Both the position numbers and the translations under genes were made by a program. The notes beneath the pieces are model-generated. The model ran no database searches. It had not been told where the DNA came from and saw nothing but the letters and a program-made list of their open reading frames with translations. This document shows positions 17,352-27,059 of a DNA stretch of 39,568 nt, one piece after another; position 1 is the stretch's first letter, and each line of letters opens with the position of its first letter. The DNA comes from an uncultured Bacteroidota bacterium (GTDB taxonomy: Bacteria; Bacteroidota; Bacteroidia; Chitinophagales; Chitinophagaceae), in contig CAIVHI010000319.1 in assembly GCA_903905685.1 (NCBI GenBank), positions 1-39,568 on the forward strand, in the 5' to 3' direction.

Positions 17352-17621
17352 ATGAAAAAAGGGCTTCATCCTGAAAGTTACCGAATGGTCATCTTCAAAG
17401 ATACCTCCAACGATTATACCTTTTTGACGCGCTCCTGCGCTGCTTCCCGCGAAAAAATGGTTTGGGAAGATGGCAACGAGTATCCCGTCATCAAAGTGGA
17501 AATCTCCAACACTTCGCACCCCTTCTATACCGGTAAATCGATGTTCGTGGATACTGCGGGCCGCATCGAAAAATTCCGCAAACGCTACGAGAAAAGAGAC
17601 ATCGTCAAGGGCAAAGAATAA
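17352..17621 (+). CDS. rpmE2: 50S ribosomal protein L31, type B (no CxxC zinc motif)
   Basis: [67 protein letters not shown] follows the type B L31 pattern. Start moved from 17289 to ATG 17352. Confidence 0.9.
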   Translation: MKKGLHPESYRMVIFKDTSNDYTFLTRSCAASREKMVWEDGNEYPVIKVEISNTSHPFYTGKSMFVDTAGRIEKFRKRYEKRDIVKGKE

Positions 17622-17645
17622 TCTGCTCCACATTGACATTACGTC

Positions 17646-17677
17646 AAAAAATCCCGACTTTTGTCGGGATTTTTTTA
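17646..17677 (+). terminator. Rho-independent terminator after the L31 gene
   Basis: aaaaaatcccgac / gtcgggatttttt stem with a tttt loop, followed by a T-run. Confidence 0.75.
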
Positions 17678-17702
17678 TTAACATAAAAATATCATCAACA
17701 AT

Positions 17703-18911
17703 ATGACGCCCACCCACATCCTGTTCGACGACCACCGCCACACGGCCCTTTATCCGTTTACGCGCACGCGCCCCACGGGCATGGTGCGGTGCGGCATCCT
17801 CACCGCTGCCGAGCGTTGGGAGGCTCTCACAGGTAGGGTGCCCGGTTTCCTTACGCCGACCTACATGCAGGAGGTTTTTCCCACCCTTGCCGGTGCCGAC
17901 AATGTCTACATCAATGGTGCCGTTCATGCCGATGCCGCCCTGCGCGATGCCATTGGTGCCCTACAGCCCCACCACAAGCTCACGGCAGGGCAGCTCACCA
18001 TTGCGGCTCGCCTCCACACCGCTCCCCAAACTCCCGATGAATTGGCCGCCGCCATGCAGCCCCTCACCGAAGTGCCCTACGGTGGCAATGTCTTGGCGCT
18101 GAACCACATATGGGACATCTTCTCTTTTAACGACGCCTTACTGAGGTCTGATTTCGCCCTTATTACGGCCGGCCGCAAAAGCGCACCGGTGCCGCCGCAT
18201 GTGGTGGCCATGGGCGACAACCTGTTTATAGAGGAGGGGGCGCACATCTACCCCGGCTGCATCATCAATGCCGCCAAAGGGCCGGTTTACATAGGCCGCG
18301 ATACCGAGATATTGGAAGGCGTGCTCATGCAGGGCCCCATTGCCGTGTGCGATCATGCGGTGGTGAAAATGGGTGCGAAAATTTATGGCGGCACCACAAT
18401 AGGGCCGGGCTGCAAAGTGGGTGGCGAAATCAGCAATGTGGTGTTCTTTGCCAATAGCAACAAGGGCCACGACGGCTACCTCGGCAATGCCGTGATAGGC
18501 GAATGGTGCAACTTGGGCGCCGATACCAACAGCAGCAACCTGAAAAACAATTATGACACCATCAAAGTGTGGGACGAGCAAGCCGACGCGTTGGTGCGCA
18601 CCGGCCTCACCTTCTGCGGCCTCCTCATGGGCGACCACTCCAAGTGCGGCATCAACACCATGTTCAATACAGGCACGGTGGTGGGTGTCTCGGCCAATAT
18701 TTACGGCGGCGGCTTCCCCGACAAGTTCATTCCGTCGTTCGGGTGGGGTGGTGCCGAGGGTATGGTCACCTACGATTTCGACAAAGCCATAGAGACCGCC
18801 AACCGCATGATGGCCCGCCGAGGCCGAGGACTCTCGCCCGCCGAAGTCCAAATGTTCCAATACCTGTTCGACCGGACTGCCGCACAGCGCGTAGCCTTCA
18901 ACCATGCATAA
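17703..18911 (+). CDS. GlmU-family protein (sugar nucleotidyltransferase-like N-domain plus left-handed beta-helix hexapeptide repeats)
   Basis: Hexapeptide-repeat region (IEEGAHIYPGCIINAAKGPVYIGRDTEILEGVLMQGPIAVCDHAVVKMGAKIYGGTTIGPGCKVGGEI..). The 402-aa size and layout resemble the alternative bacterial GlmU-like family common in Bacteroidota. Substrate not inferable. Confidence 0.65.
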   Translation: MTPTHILFDDHRHTALYPFTRTRPTGMVRCGILTAAERWEALTGRVPGFLTPTYMQEVFPTLAGADNVYINGAVHADAALRDAIGALQPHHKLTAGQLTIAARLHTAPQTPDELAAAMQPLTEVPYGGNVLALNHIWDIFSFNDALLRSDFALITAGRKSAPVPPHVVAMGDNLFIEEGAHIYPGCIINAAKGPVYIGRDTEILEGVLMQGPIAVCDHAVVKMGAKIYGGTTIGPGCKVGGEISNVVFFANSNKGHDGYLGNAVIGEWCNLGADTNSSNLKNNYDTIKVWDEQADALVRTGLTFCGLLMGDHSKCGINTMFNTGTVVGVSANIYGGGFPDKFIPSFGWGGAEGMVTYDFDKAIETANRMMARRGRGLSPAEVQMFQYLFDRTAAQRVAFNHA

Positions 18912-18930
18912 CTCCAAAACAAGACCAACA

Positions 18931-19689
18931 ATGAGAAAGAAAATAGTGGCAGGCAACTGGAAGATGAACCGCACCCTGCAAGAAGGACACAGCCTCGTAG
19001 CCGGCATATTGGCCGGTCTGCCCGCACTTAGCAGCCATAAGCAAGTGGTGATTGCCCCAACCTATGTGCACCTCACCCAGACGGCCGCCCAACTGGCCGG
19101 TCATGCCCACATCCATACCGCAGCCCAAAATTGCAGCAACCAGGAATCGGGTGCATTCACCGGCGAGGTATCGGCGGGCATACTGAAGAGTGCCGGCATA
19201 GGGTACGTCATCATCGGCCATTCCGAACGCCGCGAGTATTTTGGCGAGACCAATGCGTTGTTGGCCCAGAAGACCGACCGCGTGCTGGCACATGGCATGG
19301 AGGTCATCTTCTGCTGCGGCGAGCCCCTCGCCGTGCGCGATGCCGATACCCAAAATGCCAACGTGGAGACCCAAATTCGCGAAGGGCTATTCCACCTCGC
19401 GGCCGAGGCCTGGAGCCACATCGTGTTGGCCTACGAGCCCATTTGGGCCATCGGCACGGGCCGCACCGCCAGTTCGCAACAGGCGCAAGACATGCACCAC
19501 CACATTCGCGCAGTAGTGCGGGCACAATATGGCGCCACCGTTGCCGACAACCTCACCATCCTCTACGGCGGTAGCTGCAAGCCCTCCAACGCCGCCGAGC
19601 TCTTCGCTTGTCCCGACGTAGACGGCGGCCTCATTGGCGGAGCGTCCCTCAAAGCCGATGAGTTTTTGGGGATAGTGGCAGCGATGTAA
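18931..19689 (+). CDS. tpiA: Triosephosphate isomerase
   Basis: MRKKIVAGNWKMN N-terminus, IIGHSERR, and the AYEPIWAIGTG active-site loop. Start moved from 18904 to ATG 18931. Confidence 0.95.
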   Translation: MRKKIVAGNWKMNRTLQEGHSLVAGILAGLPALSSHKQVVIAPTYVHLTQTAAQLAGHAHIHTAAQNCSNQESGAFTGEVSAGILKSAGIGYVIIGHSERREYFGETNALLAQKTDRVLAHGMEVIFCCGEPLAVRDADTQNANVETQIREGLFHLAAEAWSHIVLAYEPIWAIGTGRTASSQQAQDMHHHIRAVVRAQYGATVADNLTILYGGSCKPSNAAELFACPDVDGGLIGGASLKADEFLGIVAAM

Positions 19690-19715
19690 TGCTGCGGTAA
19701 CTACTTAAAGCAGTG

Positions 19716-19750
19716 CGCCCCCGTTTCAGGCTTGAAACGGGGGCGTTTTA
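19716..19750. terminator. Hairpin terminator between convergent tpiA and the TPR membrane protein gene
   Basis: cgcccccgtttca (19716-19728) / tgaaacgggggcg (19733-19745) with loop ggct, followed by tttta. Confidence 0.7.
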
Positions 19751-19939
19751 TGTAGCCTTCGCGAAGAGGGTAGATTTTTATGGAGGGCCGGCATGCGATT
19801 GGGCGGACTGGGGAGGTTGGGCTATAAACGTTCAATACCGTCAGGCTTCGGGCTTCAATGTCTGTCGGTCTATATACAAGACACCCAAGCCAGTGTTCGA
19901 CATGCGACAAAAGCGAGCCGGAAATATTCTACTTGGGGC

Positions 19940-21781
19940 CTATTCCCCTACTGCGTGCAGGGCATTCCGAGCTTGGAGAAAGTTGGGGTTGAGCCGCAAT
20001 ACGGTGTGCCAGCGGGCAGCGGCTTGGGCGGGCTGCCCGTGCAGGTAGTAATATACCCCTAAGTTGTAGTCCAATTCGGGAAGTTGGGGGTAGGTGGGCA
20101 GGAGTACCAATATGCGGTCGTAGCTGCGCGCTGCCTCATCGGGGTTCCCCATTCTGAAGCACGCCAAGCCGCGATTGATGAGTGGGGGGAGGCAGGTGCT
20201 GTCCAGCTTCAAGGCTTTGTCCAAATAGGCCACACCTTGCATCAACAACTGCACTTTACGAGCCGAGTCCTTTGCATCATCGGCCGCATTCACATATGCT
20301 ACGCCCAAATTGGCATTTACCAACAGGCTGTTCGGCACGGTCTTCACGTCGTGCTCATACAAAGTGAGGTCGTTCTTCCAGTCGGTATTGCGGGCCATGG
20401 TAGCTGTAGCGCACAGGAGGCACAGGATGAGTACGATGGCCCCAATTGGCTTTTGCAAATTGGGGCCATATTTTTCATGGCACCAATTTCCCAGGGCTAC
20501 CATGCAAATGATGCCTCCCATCGATGCATGATACAGGAGACGCTCGCCCATGGTGCCCCCTATGTTGATGAGCCAATTGTTCACCATCAGCAAGCTGAGG
20601 AAGTAGAAGGCAAGCCCAAACGCCACGGCACGTTGTTTTTTATAGGTAGCCCAAATGCCTACCAACAAGCCGGCATGATAAATTACAGATAACCCTACCA
20701 ACGGTGAGCCCAACGTTTTGTAGGGAATGGTGTTGTAGGAATAGTCGCAGGAAAGGGGGAAAGGAAAAAAGAGCAGGCGTAAATAGTTGAGGGGCGTAGC
20801 GATTACGGTTGCAGCTTTTTGCAATGGGGTAGCCAATGCATAGGGATTGTTCCAAATGTCGTTGTCTATCTCGGCGGCAGAGAACCCAACCACCTTTATC
20901 CGAATGAGTGCATAGAGCACTGCTACCGCATAAAAAGGCATGGAGCCTTTTAAGGCTTCAAGGGGAGTCTTGCCATTGAACCACACCATGGCAAGCGGCA
21001 ATAAGATGAGTAGGGCAAGCCCATATTCTTTGGAGAGCAGGGCGAACAAAAAGCAAATCGGCCCCGCAAAACCAGCCCACTTGTGCCGCACCCTGTTTGT
21101 GCCGCAAGCCAAAATGAAGGTGAGGCATATGAATGCCAAAGAGCATATTTCATCCCGGCTCTTTACGTTGGCCACTACCTCGCTGTGCACCGGGTGGCAG
21201 GCGAAAAGCAGGGTAGCCGCCAGTGCTGCCATAGGGCTCCCCCTGAAAACAACCATCCGCAGCATCCCCAAAAGGGCCACCAATCCGAGCCCGAAGAACA
21301 GCACATTGTCGAAGTGCCTGATGTGCATAGCATGAATCAAGGCATCCCGTTGCGCGCCTTTGTCGCCCGCATGGGCCACCACGCTGTCTACCGCATCTGC
21401 CGATACCGGCCCCAAAAACTGTTGTTCTATTGCAAACGTGGCTATCGACAATGGTCGGTAGCGCCCGCCGGCGAGCATGTTTTCGGTATTGGTCGTTTTG
21501 CAGTAGCTGTAAAAAGCGTCCTTCGAGAAAATGCCTTCCAAGCCTTCCAAGCCGCGGTAAACAAACTCGTTTTTCAGGATGACTATGTTGTCGTCGAGGG
21601 CATATTCATTCCCAATAGTATTGCCGTACAGTACAAACGATACTGCGAATACCAACAGCGCATGAACGCTGAACAGGCGGGTCCAATGCGCGGGCGGTGC
21701 AGCTATACTTCCCGGTATAGAAGCCGATGCAGTAAAGTCCGTCGGTCCGTTTTTTTGCGCCTGTTTCTGTTTGGAGGACAT
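19940..21781 (-). CDS. Polytopic membrane protein with C-terminal TPR repeats (TMTC/DUF1736-like, GT-C glycosyltransferase-like)
   Basis: YALDDNIVILKNEFV, GGRYRPLSIATFAIEQQF and HPVHSEVVANVKSRDE motifs in a multi-TM N-terminal part. The C-terminus is TPR-like (..YNLGVYYYLHGQPAQAAARWHTVLRLNPNF..). Confidence 0.75.
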   Translation of the reverse strand: MSSKQKQAQKNGPTDFTASASIPGSIAAPPAHWTRLFSVHALLVFAVSFVLYGNTIGNEYALDDNIVILKNEFVYRGLEGLEGIFSKDAFYSYCKTTNTENMLAGGRYRPLSIATFAIEQQFLGPVSADAVDSVVAHAGDKGAQRDALIHAMHIRHFDNVLFFGLGLVALLGMLRMVVFRGSPMAALAATLLFACHPVHSEVVANVKSRDEICSLAFICLTFILACGTNRVRHKWAGFAGPICFLFALLSKEYGLALLILLPLAMVWFNGKTPLEALKGSMPFYAVAVLYALIRIKVVGFSAAEIDNDIWNNPYALATPLQKAATVIATPLNYLRLLFFPFPLSCDYSYNTIPYKTLGSPLVGLSVIYHAGLLVGIWATYKKQRAVAFGLAFYFLSLLMVNNWLINIGGTMGERLLYHASMGGIICMVALGNWCHEKYGPNLQKPIGAIVLILCLLCATATMARNTDWKNDLTLYEHDVKTVPNSLLVNANLGVAYVNAADDAKDSARKVQLLMQGVAYLDKALKLDSTCLPPLINRGLACFRMGNPDEAARSYDRILVLLPTYPQLPELDYNLGVYYYLHGQPAQAAARWHTVLRLNPNFLQARNALHAVGE

Positions 21782-21817
21782 ACGATTTCGACTTCTATCC
21801 CAATGAAAACAAACAAA

Positions 21818-23731
21818 TTACCTGCCAATTACGGGTGCACCCACCACGCTCAACGCATGTGCCGCATCCTTATTTCCCGGGTCTATCTTCAATGACGATT
21901 GCCAGCAAGAGACGGCCTTGGGGTACTCTTTGTGGAGGTAGAAAAACACGCCCAAGTTGTAAAAGAACTCGCCCAGCCGAGGATACTTGGGGTAGTACGT
22001 CTTCACTACCTCAAAATCGGTTTTGGAGCTATCGGCATAAACCGTGTGCAGGCTGTCGAGTTGCCCCAATTTGAAGTAGGCCAACCCCAAGTTGAAATAG
22101 CCGATGACGTAGGTGTTGTGCAGCGACAGTACCTTTTTAAGCAACACCACCCCATGCTCCAATTCCTCCTTCTTCTTGGCCGGATTAGGTTCTATGTTCG
22201 ACATATCGATGTAGGACGATGCTACATTGGCATTGATGATGATGCTGTTCGGCGCGTTTTTCAAGTCGTGGGAGAACAGGGTGAAATTGTTTTTCCAGTC
22301 GGCGTTGCGGGCCACGGTCACCCAACTGCAAAGCAACAGTATCACGGTAGTGCCGCCCAATAGTACCAATCGGCCGGTTTCAGGCGACTTTATTTTTTGG
22401 AATCCCAAGTAAGCAAAATAGCCGAAAGCGATGGCGAAGCCTACCGATGAATGGTAAATAAGGCGTTCGCCCATGGTGGCACCGATGTCGAAAAACAGGT
22501 TGCAAACCAACATCAAGTGCGACAGATACATCCCGATGGCGAAACTCAACACGTTTTTGCGTTTCAGGTAGTAGAAGAATGCCCGCACCAGCCCAAGGTG
22601 GAATATCAGCGAAAGCCATACCATGGGGTGCAAAAAGTCTTTATAGGGAATCTGGTTGTAGGAATAGTCGGCCGACAGCGGGTAGGGGAAAACCAACAGG
22701 CGGAAGTAGTTGAATGCCGTTGAAATCTCTGTAGCCATTTTCTCCTTGTCCGACGCCAATGCATACGGGTTGTTGAGCAGGTCGGTGTTCGAGGCCTCGT
22801 TCATGGGAGCCACAATGTGGCTGCGTATGGCGTAATAAACTATGAAAACCAACAAGTAAGGCCATACCGATGTAATGCTTTTTCCAACCGAGAAGCCCTG
22901 AAACAAGTAGAGGGCGAGCGGCAACAGGACGAGCACCGTGATGGCATATTCCTTGGAAAGGAAGGCCAGGAAGAAGAGCACCATGGCTGAAATGAGGGAA
23001 ACCAACTTTTTCTCCTGCACATATTTGAAGGCGAAAATGTAGGTGAGGCACATGAACATCAACGACATGATTTCATCGCGGCTCTTTACATTGGCAATCA
23101 CCTCGGTATGTATGGGGTGTACTGTAAATAGGGCGGCTGCAAGTAGTGCCATGATCGGGTTGGACCTAAAGACGATAAACCGCAGGAAGTAAAGCAGCGT
23201 TATCATGGACAGCGTGAACCAAACGACATTGAAGAAGTGCCGTATGTGCATGTTGCGATTAAGGATCACCTCTTGCGGGCCTTTTTCGTCGGCATGGGTC
23301 ACAACGCTGTCGATAGCACTTTGGGGAACCGTGCCCATAAACTGCTGCTCTATGGCAAATGTGACGATGGAGAGCGGACGGTAACGCCCGCCTGACAGTT
23401 GGTTGCCGGTTTTGAACTGTTTGTAGTAGCTGTCGAACGCATCGGTGGTCAGGATGGTGGGGATGCCTGTAAATCCTTGATACACGTATTCGTTTTTCAG
23501 GATGACCGCAGTATCGTCCAAGGCATATTCATTGCTTACGGTATTGATGTAGAGTAAGAAAGATAGGACGGCAATGATGATGGCCTGAACCTTGAAACTG
23601 GAGAGCCACGCCGGAAAAAGGGAGTCGACGTCAACAAATGGAATCGGGTTGGAAAGGCTCGGTGCCGGCTTTGGTGTCGGTCTTGCCGGATTAGCAACAG
23701 GAATATTCTTCGATGTCTGTTTTTTAGCCAT
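21818..23731 (-). CDS. Tandem paralogue of the preceding TMTC/DUF1736-like TPR membrane protein
   Basis: It has the same motif series (YALDDTAVILKNEYV, GGRYRPLSIVTFAIEQQF, HPIHTEVIANVKSRDE) and a TPR tail. It is collinear with 19940-21781 along its whole length. Confidence 0.75.
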   Translation of the reverse strand: MAKKQTSKNIPVANPARPTPKPAPSLSNPIPFVDVDSLFPAWLSSFKVQAIIIAVLSFLLYINTVSNEYALDDTAVILKNEYVYQGFTGIPTILTTDAFDSYYKQFKTGNQLSGGRYRPLSIVTFAIEQQFMGTVPQSAIDSVVTHADEKGPQEVILNRNMHIRHFFNVVWFTLSMITLLYFLRFIVFRSNPIMALLAAALFTVHPIHTEVIANVKSRDEIMSLMFMCLTYIFAFKYVQEKKLVSLISAMVLFFLAFLSKEYAITVLVLLPLALYLFQGFSVGKSITSVWPYLLVFIVYYAIRSHIVAPMNEASNTDLLNNPYALASDKEKMATEISTAFNYFRLLVFPYPLSADYSYNQIPYKDFLHPMVWLSLIFHLGLVRAFFYYLKRKNVLSFAIGMYLSHLMLVCNLFFDIGATMGERLIYHSSVGFAIAFGYFAYLGFQKIKSPETGRLVLLGGTTVILLLCSWVTVARNADWKNNFTLFSHDLKNAPNSIIINANVASSYIDMSNIEPNPAKKKEELEHGVVLLKKVLSLHNTYVIGYFNLGLAYFKLGQLDSLHTVYADSSKTDFEVVKTYYPKYPRLGEFFYNLGVFFYLHKEYPKAVSCWQSSLKIDPGNKDAAHALSVVGAPVIGR

Positions 23732-23900
23732 ATCGCTTCAAGTAACGTCCAAATGTAACAAATTATGCTTTCTGCTCCCAACGGGAATGTCGTCAATTGT
23801 AGCATAGCCGTAAAAATCGTGCAGCGGGGGTATACCTACTACCTTCGGGTCGTAAAATGTCCGCAGGCGCGGGCGGATGCTACCGTAAGACCGTTGCGCA

Positions 23901-23940
23901 TAAAATAGCCGTCCCCCGTCGAACTTTATTAGACGGGGGA
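23901..23940 (-). terminator. Hairpin terminator after hbd
   Basis: tcccccgtc (23912-23920) / gacggggga (23932-23940). On the minus strand it is followed by a T-rich stretch (cggctatttta). Confidence 0.45.
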
Positions 23941-23965
23941 TGGATTCGAAATATGTTGCGGCTGC

Positions 23966-24868
23966 CTAGGCGAAGCGGGAGCTGACCACCAACTCCTTGC
24001 TACCTGGGGTATATTTGTAGAAGCCCTCGCCCGATTTGCAGCCCAAATACCCGGCCTGCACCATGTTCACCAACAGTGGGCAGGGGGCATACTTGGTGTT
24101 GCCCAGGCCATTATACAGCACATTGAGGATGGAGAGGCAGGTGTCCAGGCCAATGAAGTCGGCCAATTGCAGCGGTCCCATGGGGTGAGCCATGCCCAGT
24201 TTCATAATGGTGTCAATCTCATGCACTCCCGCTACGCCCTCGTGCAGGGAAATGATGGCCTCATTAATCATGGGCATCAAGATGCGGTTGGCTACAAAGC
24301 CGGGGTAGTCGTTGGCCACGCATGGGGTCTTCCCCAGTTTTTCCGACAATGCGTAAATCGTCTTGGTCACTTCGGCATCTGTGGCATAGCCATTTATCAC
24401 CTCCACCAATTTCATTACCGGCACGGGGTTCATAAAGTGCATCCCAATCACTTGACTCGGCCTTTTGGTGACAGATGCTATTTTGGTAATCGAGATGGAC
24501 GATGTGTTGGATGCCAGAATGCAATGCGGAGCACAATGTTCATCTAGTTTGCGGAAAATGTTGAGTTTCAATTCCACGTTTTCGGTGGCGGCTTCAACGG
24601 CCAGGTCTGCACCTGTTACGGCTTCGGCCATATCGGTATGGGTGCTGATGTTGGCAATTGCTGCGGCCTTGGCCTCAGCGGTGAGCGAGCCCTTGGCCAC
24701 TTGGCGGTCCATGTTTTTTTCGATGGTCAGCATGGCCTTATCCAATGCGGCTTGGCTAATGTCCATCATCCTTACCCGGTATCCACTTTGGGCAAACACA
24801 TGGCAAATGCCGTTGCCCATTGTTCCCGAACCTATTACCGTTACTATACTTACATTTCCCGATGTCAT
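23966..24868 (-). CDS. hbd: 3-hydroxybutyryl-CoA / 3-hydroxyacyl-CoA dehydrogenase
   Basis: Rossmann motif VIGSGTMGNGI at the N-terminus, HFMNPVPVMKLVEVI, and C-terminal MKLGMAHPMGPLQLADFIGLD. Start moved from 24940 to ATG 24868. Confidence 0.85.
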   Translation of the reverse strand: MTSGNVSIVTVIGSGTMGNGICHVFAQSGYRVRMMDISQAALDKAMLTIEKNMDRQVAKGSLTAEAKAAAIANISTHTDMAEAVTGADLAVEAATENVELKLNIFRKLDEHCAPHCILASNTSSISITKIASVTKRPSQVIGMHFMNPVPVMKLVEVINGYATDAEVTKTIYALSEKLGKTPCVANDYPGFVANRILMPMINEAIISLHEGVAGVHEIDTIMKLGMAHPMGPLQLADFIGLDTCLSILNVLYNGLGNTKYAPCPLLVNMVQAGYLGCKSGEGFYKYTPGSKELVVSSRFA

Positions 24869-24996
24869 GGTGTTGTTTTTGAGATTTCGTTGGTCAAAAG
24901 TAAAATTACTAACCGGGAACGGCAAATGTGTATCGGCCATCTTACCCCCAAGCTTTGAAATGGCGCCGATTTTGGTACTTTTGGATTTGCTGACCC

Positions 24997-25710
24997 ATGA
25001 AAAAGTTCGTTTTTACCTCCTTCTGGCTGCTTATAGCCGTTTGTAGCCAACTACATGCGCAAAACCGTTTTGGTTTGGAAGTGGGCGAGGGGTGGTCATA
25101 CCTCAAGTCGGGCCCAAATGCGGGTATCAACTACAACTTCAGTACCGACCCTGAGTTTTCATTCGGCGGCTACTACTTGCGCCGCCTCAATCGCACCATG
25201 TACGTGGGTGTTCGGGCCTTTTTTGAGCAGTATGCCTATACCTACAAAATGGAGTATACCGATACCGCAGGGCACCGAGGCGGCGAGATTGACGACAAAG
25301 TTTCCATGATCTTCATTGCCCCTACCTTCGATATTGCGGTAGACAGGCATCAAATTCTACATGCCTTCGCGAGCGGAGCCTATGGCATGTTGCAAAGGGG
25401 CACACAGAAGGATGCGGTGTTCAACTATCGGTATTCCTCCGGCGCACTAACAGGCTATGAAAACGACGGCCAGATATCGAAGAGCATGATGCGTTTCGAC
25501 GTGGGGTTGGTGGAACATGTTCGGTTGGGGGAATTGTGGCACCTCACCATCACCGAAGAATATGGCATCCCCATGGGCACCCAAACCCTTTTCAACAATC
25601 CGGTGAATACGCAAATCATGGTGAGTCCCAAGTATTTTGCTGTTCGGGTAGGGGTGATGTACAAATTCGTTTTCACGGGATGGCCGGCCAGATACGACGG
25701 CGGAGAGTAG
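24997..25710 (+). CDS. Putative outer-membrane beta-barrel protein
   Basis: Signal peptide MKKFVFTSFWLLIAVCSQLHAQ, then alternating aromatic/Gly-rich beta-strand-like segments. No specific family was recognised. Confidence 0.45.
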   Translation: MKKFVFTSFWLLIAVCSQLHAQNRFGLEVGEGWSYLKSGPNAGINYNFSTDPEFSFGGYYLRRLNRTMYVGVRAFFEQYAYTYKMEYTDTAGHRGGEIDDKVSMIFIAPTFDIAVDRHQILHAFASGAYGMLQRGTQKDAVFNYRYSSGALTGYENDGQISKSMMRFDVGLVEHVRLGELWHLTITEEYGIPMGTQTLFNNPVNTQIMVSPKYFAVRVGVMYKFVFTGWPARYDGGE

Positions 25711-25784
25711 TGCAACCACTAATATTGGTGCCCCAATTTGCTTTTACCTTTAGTTTAGCCCAAGACGTTTTATCTTTACACCCT

Positions 25785-26546
25785 ATGGATTTGCCCGCCG
25801 GGAAAAAAATTTACTTCGCTTCAGACTTCCATTTAGGCATTCCGGACCTGCGTACGAGTATAGAAAGGGAAAAGCGAATTTGTAAATGGTTGGATTCCAT
25901 AGCGGAAAGTGCAGAAGTGCTGTATTTGGTTGGAGATATTTTTGATGCATGGTTTGAATATGGCAATGTAGTGCCCAAGGGCCACACCCGGTTTTTGGGA
26001 AAGCTGGCCCAATTGCGCGATTCCGGCCTTGTTATTGAAGCCTTTACCGGCAACCACGATTTGTGGATGCTCGACTATTTTGAATCGGAATTGGGCATTC
26101 CCGTCCATCATGAGCCCATTCGTCGAACCATCAACGGGAAAACGTTTTTTATTGGACATGGTGATGGTCTGGGTCCTGGAGACCACGGCTACAAGATGCT
26201 GAAAAAAGTGTTGCGTAGCCCGTTTTCTCAGTGGTTGTACCGCCGTGTGCACCCCAATACAGGCGTGGGGCTCGCCGCTTGGTTCAGTGGTCTGGGTTCC
26301 AAACATGCAGATATGCCGACCAAAGAATTTCGCGGCCCCGACAAAGAATGGCTGGTGCAGTTTTGTTTGGAGACGCTCAACAACGAACATATCGATTACT
26401 TCGTATTCGGGCACCGCCACATTGCCATCGAATATCCGCTGCCCCAAAACAGCCTGTACATCAATCTGGGAGACTGGATCAAATTCGACAGTTACGGCGA
26501 GTTTGATGGGAGCGCGATGAAACTCAAATTTTATAAAGCCAATTAA
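25785..26546 (+). CDS. lpxH: UDP-2,3-diacylglucosamine diphosphatase-like metallophosphoesterase
   Basis: Calcineurin-like motif series in LpxH order: SDFHLG, LVGDIFDAW, TGNHDLW, IGHGDG, FGHRH. Start chosen at ATG 25785 (MDLPAGKKIYF), because the track ORF from 25536 overlaps the previous gene. Confidence 0.75.
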   Translation: MDLPAGKKIYFASDFHLGIPDLRTSIEREKRICKWLDSIAESAEVLYLVGDIFDAWFEYGNVVPKGHTRFLGKLAQLRDSGLVIEAFTGNHDLWMLDYFESELGIPVHHEPIRRTINGKTFFIGHGDGLGPGDHGYKMLKKVLRSPFSQWLYRRVHPNTGVGLAAWFSGLGSKHADMPTKEFRGPDKEWLVQFCLETLNNEHIDYFVFGHRHIAIEYPLPQNSLYINLGDWIKFDSYGEFDGSAMKLKFYKAN

Positions 26547-26561
26547 ATAATCCTATCTTTT

Positions 26562-27059
26562 ATGCAACGGGAAATAGTAGTCGTCAGACATGCAAAAACA
26601 GAGAGCGTTAGCCGCGCAGGGGACGATTTTTCGCGAACTCTTACGTCGGTGGGGGAGCGCGATGGAGAAGCCATAGGTAAGTTTTTGAAGGAACAGGGCA
26701 TTAAGCCCGATTTGATGCTTGTGAGCTCGGCCAAGCGCACCCGCCGAACAGCCAAAATATTGGCTACTGCATTGGATATTACCCCTGAGCACATCAAGTA
26801 TGAAGATAAACTCTATCTCGCTACCGATTCCGCAATAGAAACCGAGGTGATGACGGTACCGAACAACATTGCCACACTTGTAGTGGTAGGGCACAACCCC
26901 GGCATTACCGATTTCGTCAACGGGATTTCTAAAGATTTCGTTCTCGGTCACCTGCCCACATGTGGAGTAGTTGCCGCCAAGTTTGAGGCCGATACCTGGG
27001 CAGATTTTCCTGCCGCCGTAAAAAACATCACCCTCATCAAATTTCCGAAACATGAATAA
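26562..27059 (+). CDS. sixA: SixA-like histidine phosphatase (phosphohistidine phosphatase family)
   Basis: N-terminal VVRHAKTE (RHG-type catalytic motif) and VVGHNPG in a 165-aa protein. It overlaps the next ORF by 8 nt. Confidence 0.7.
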   Translation: MQREIVVVRHAKTESVSRAGDDFSRTLTSVGERDGEAIGKFLKEQGIKPDLMLVSSAKRTRRTAKILATALDITPEHIKYEDKLYLATDSAIETEVMTVPNNIATLVVVGHNPGITDFVNGISKDFVLGHLPTCGVVAAKFEADTWADFPAAVKNITLIKFPKHE

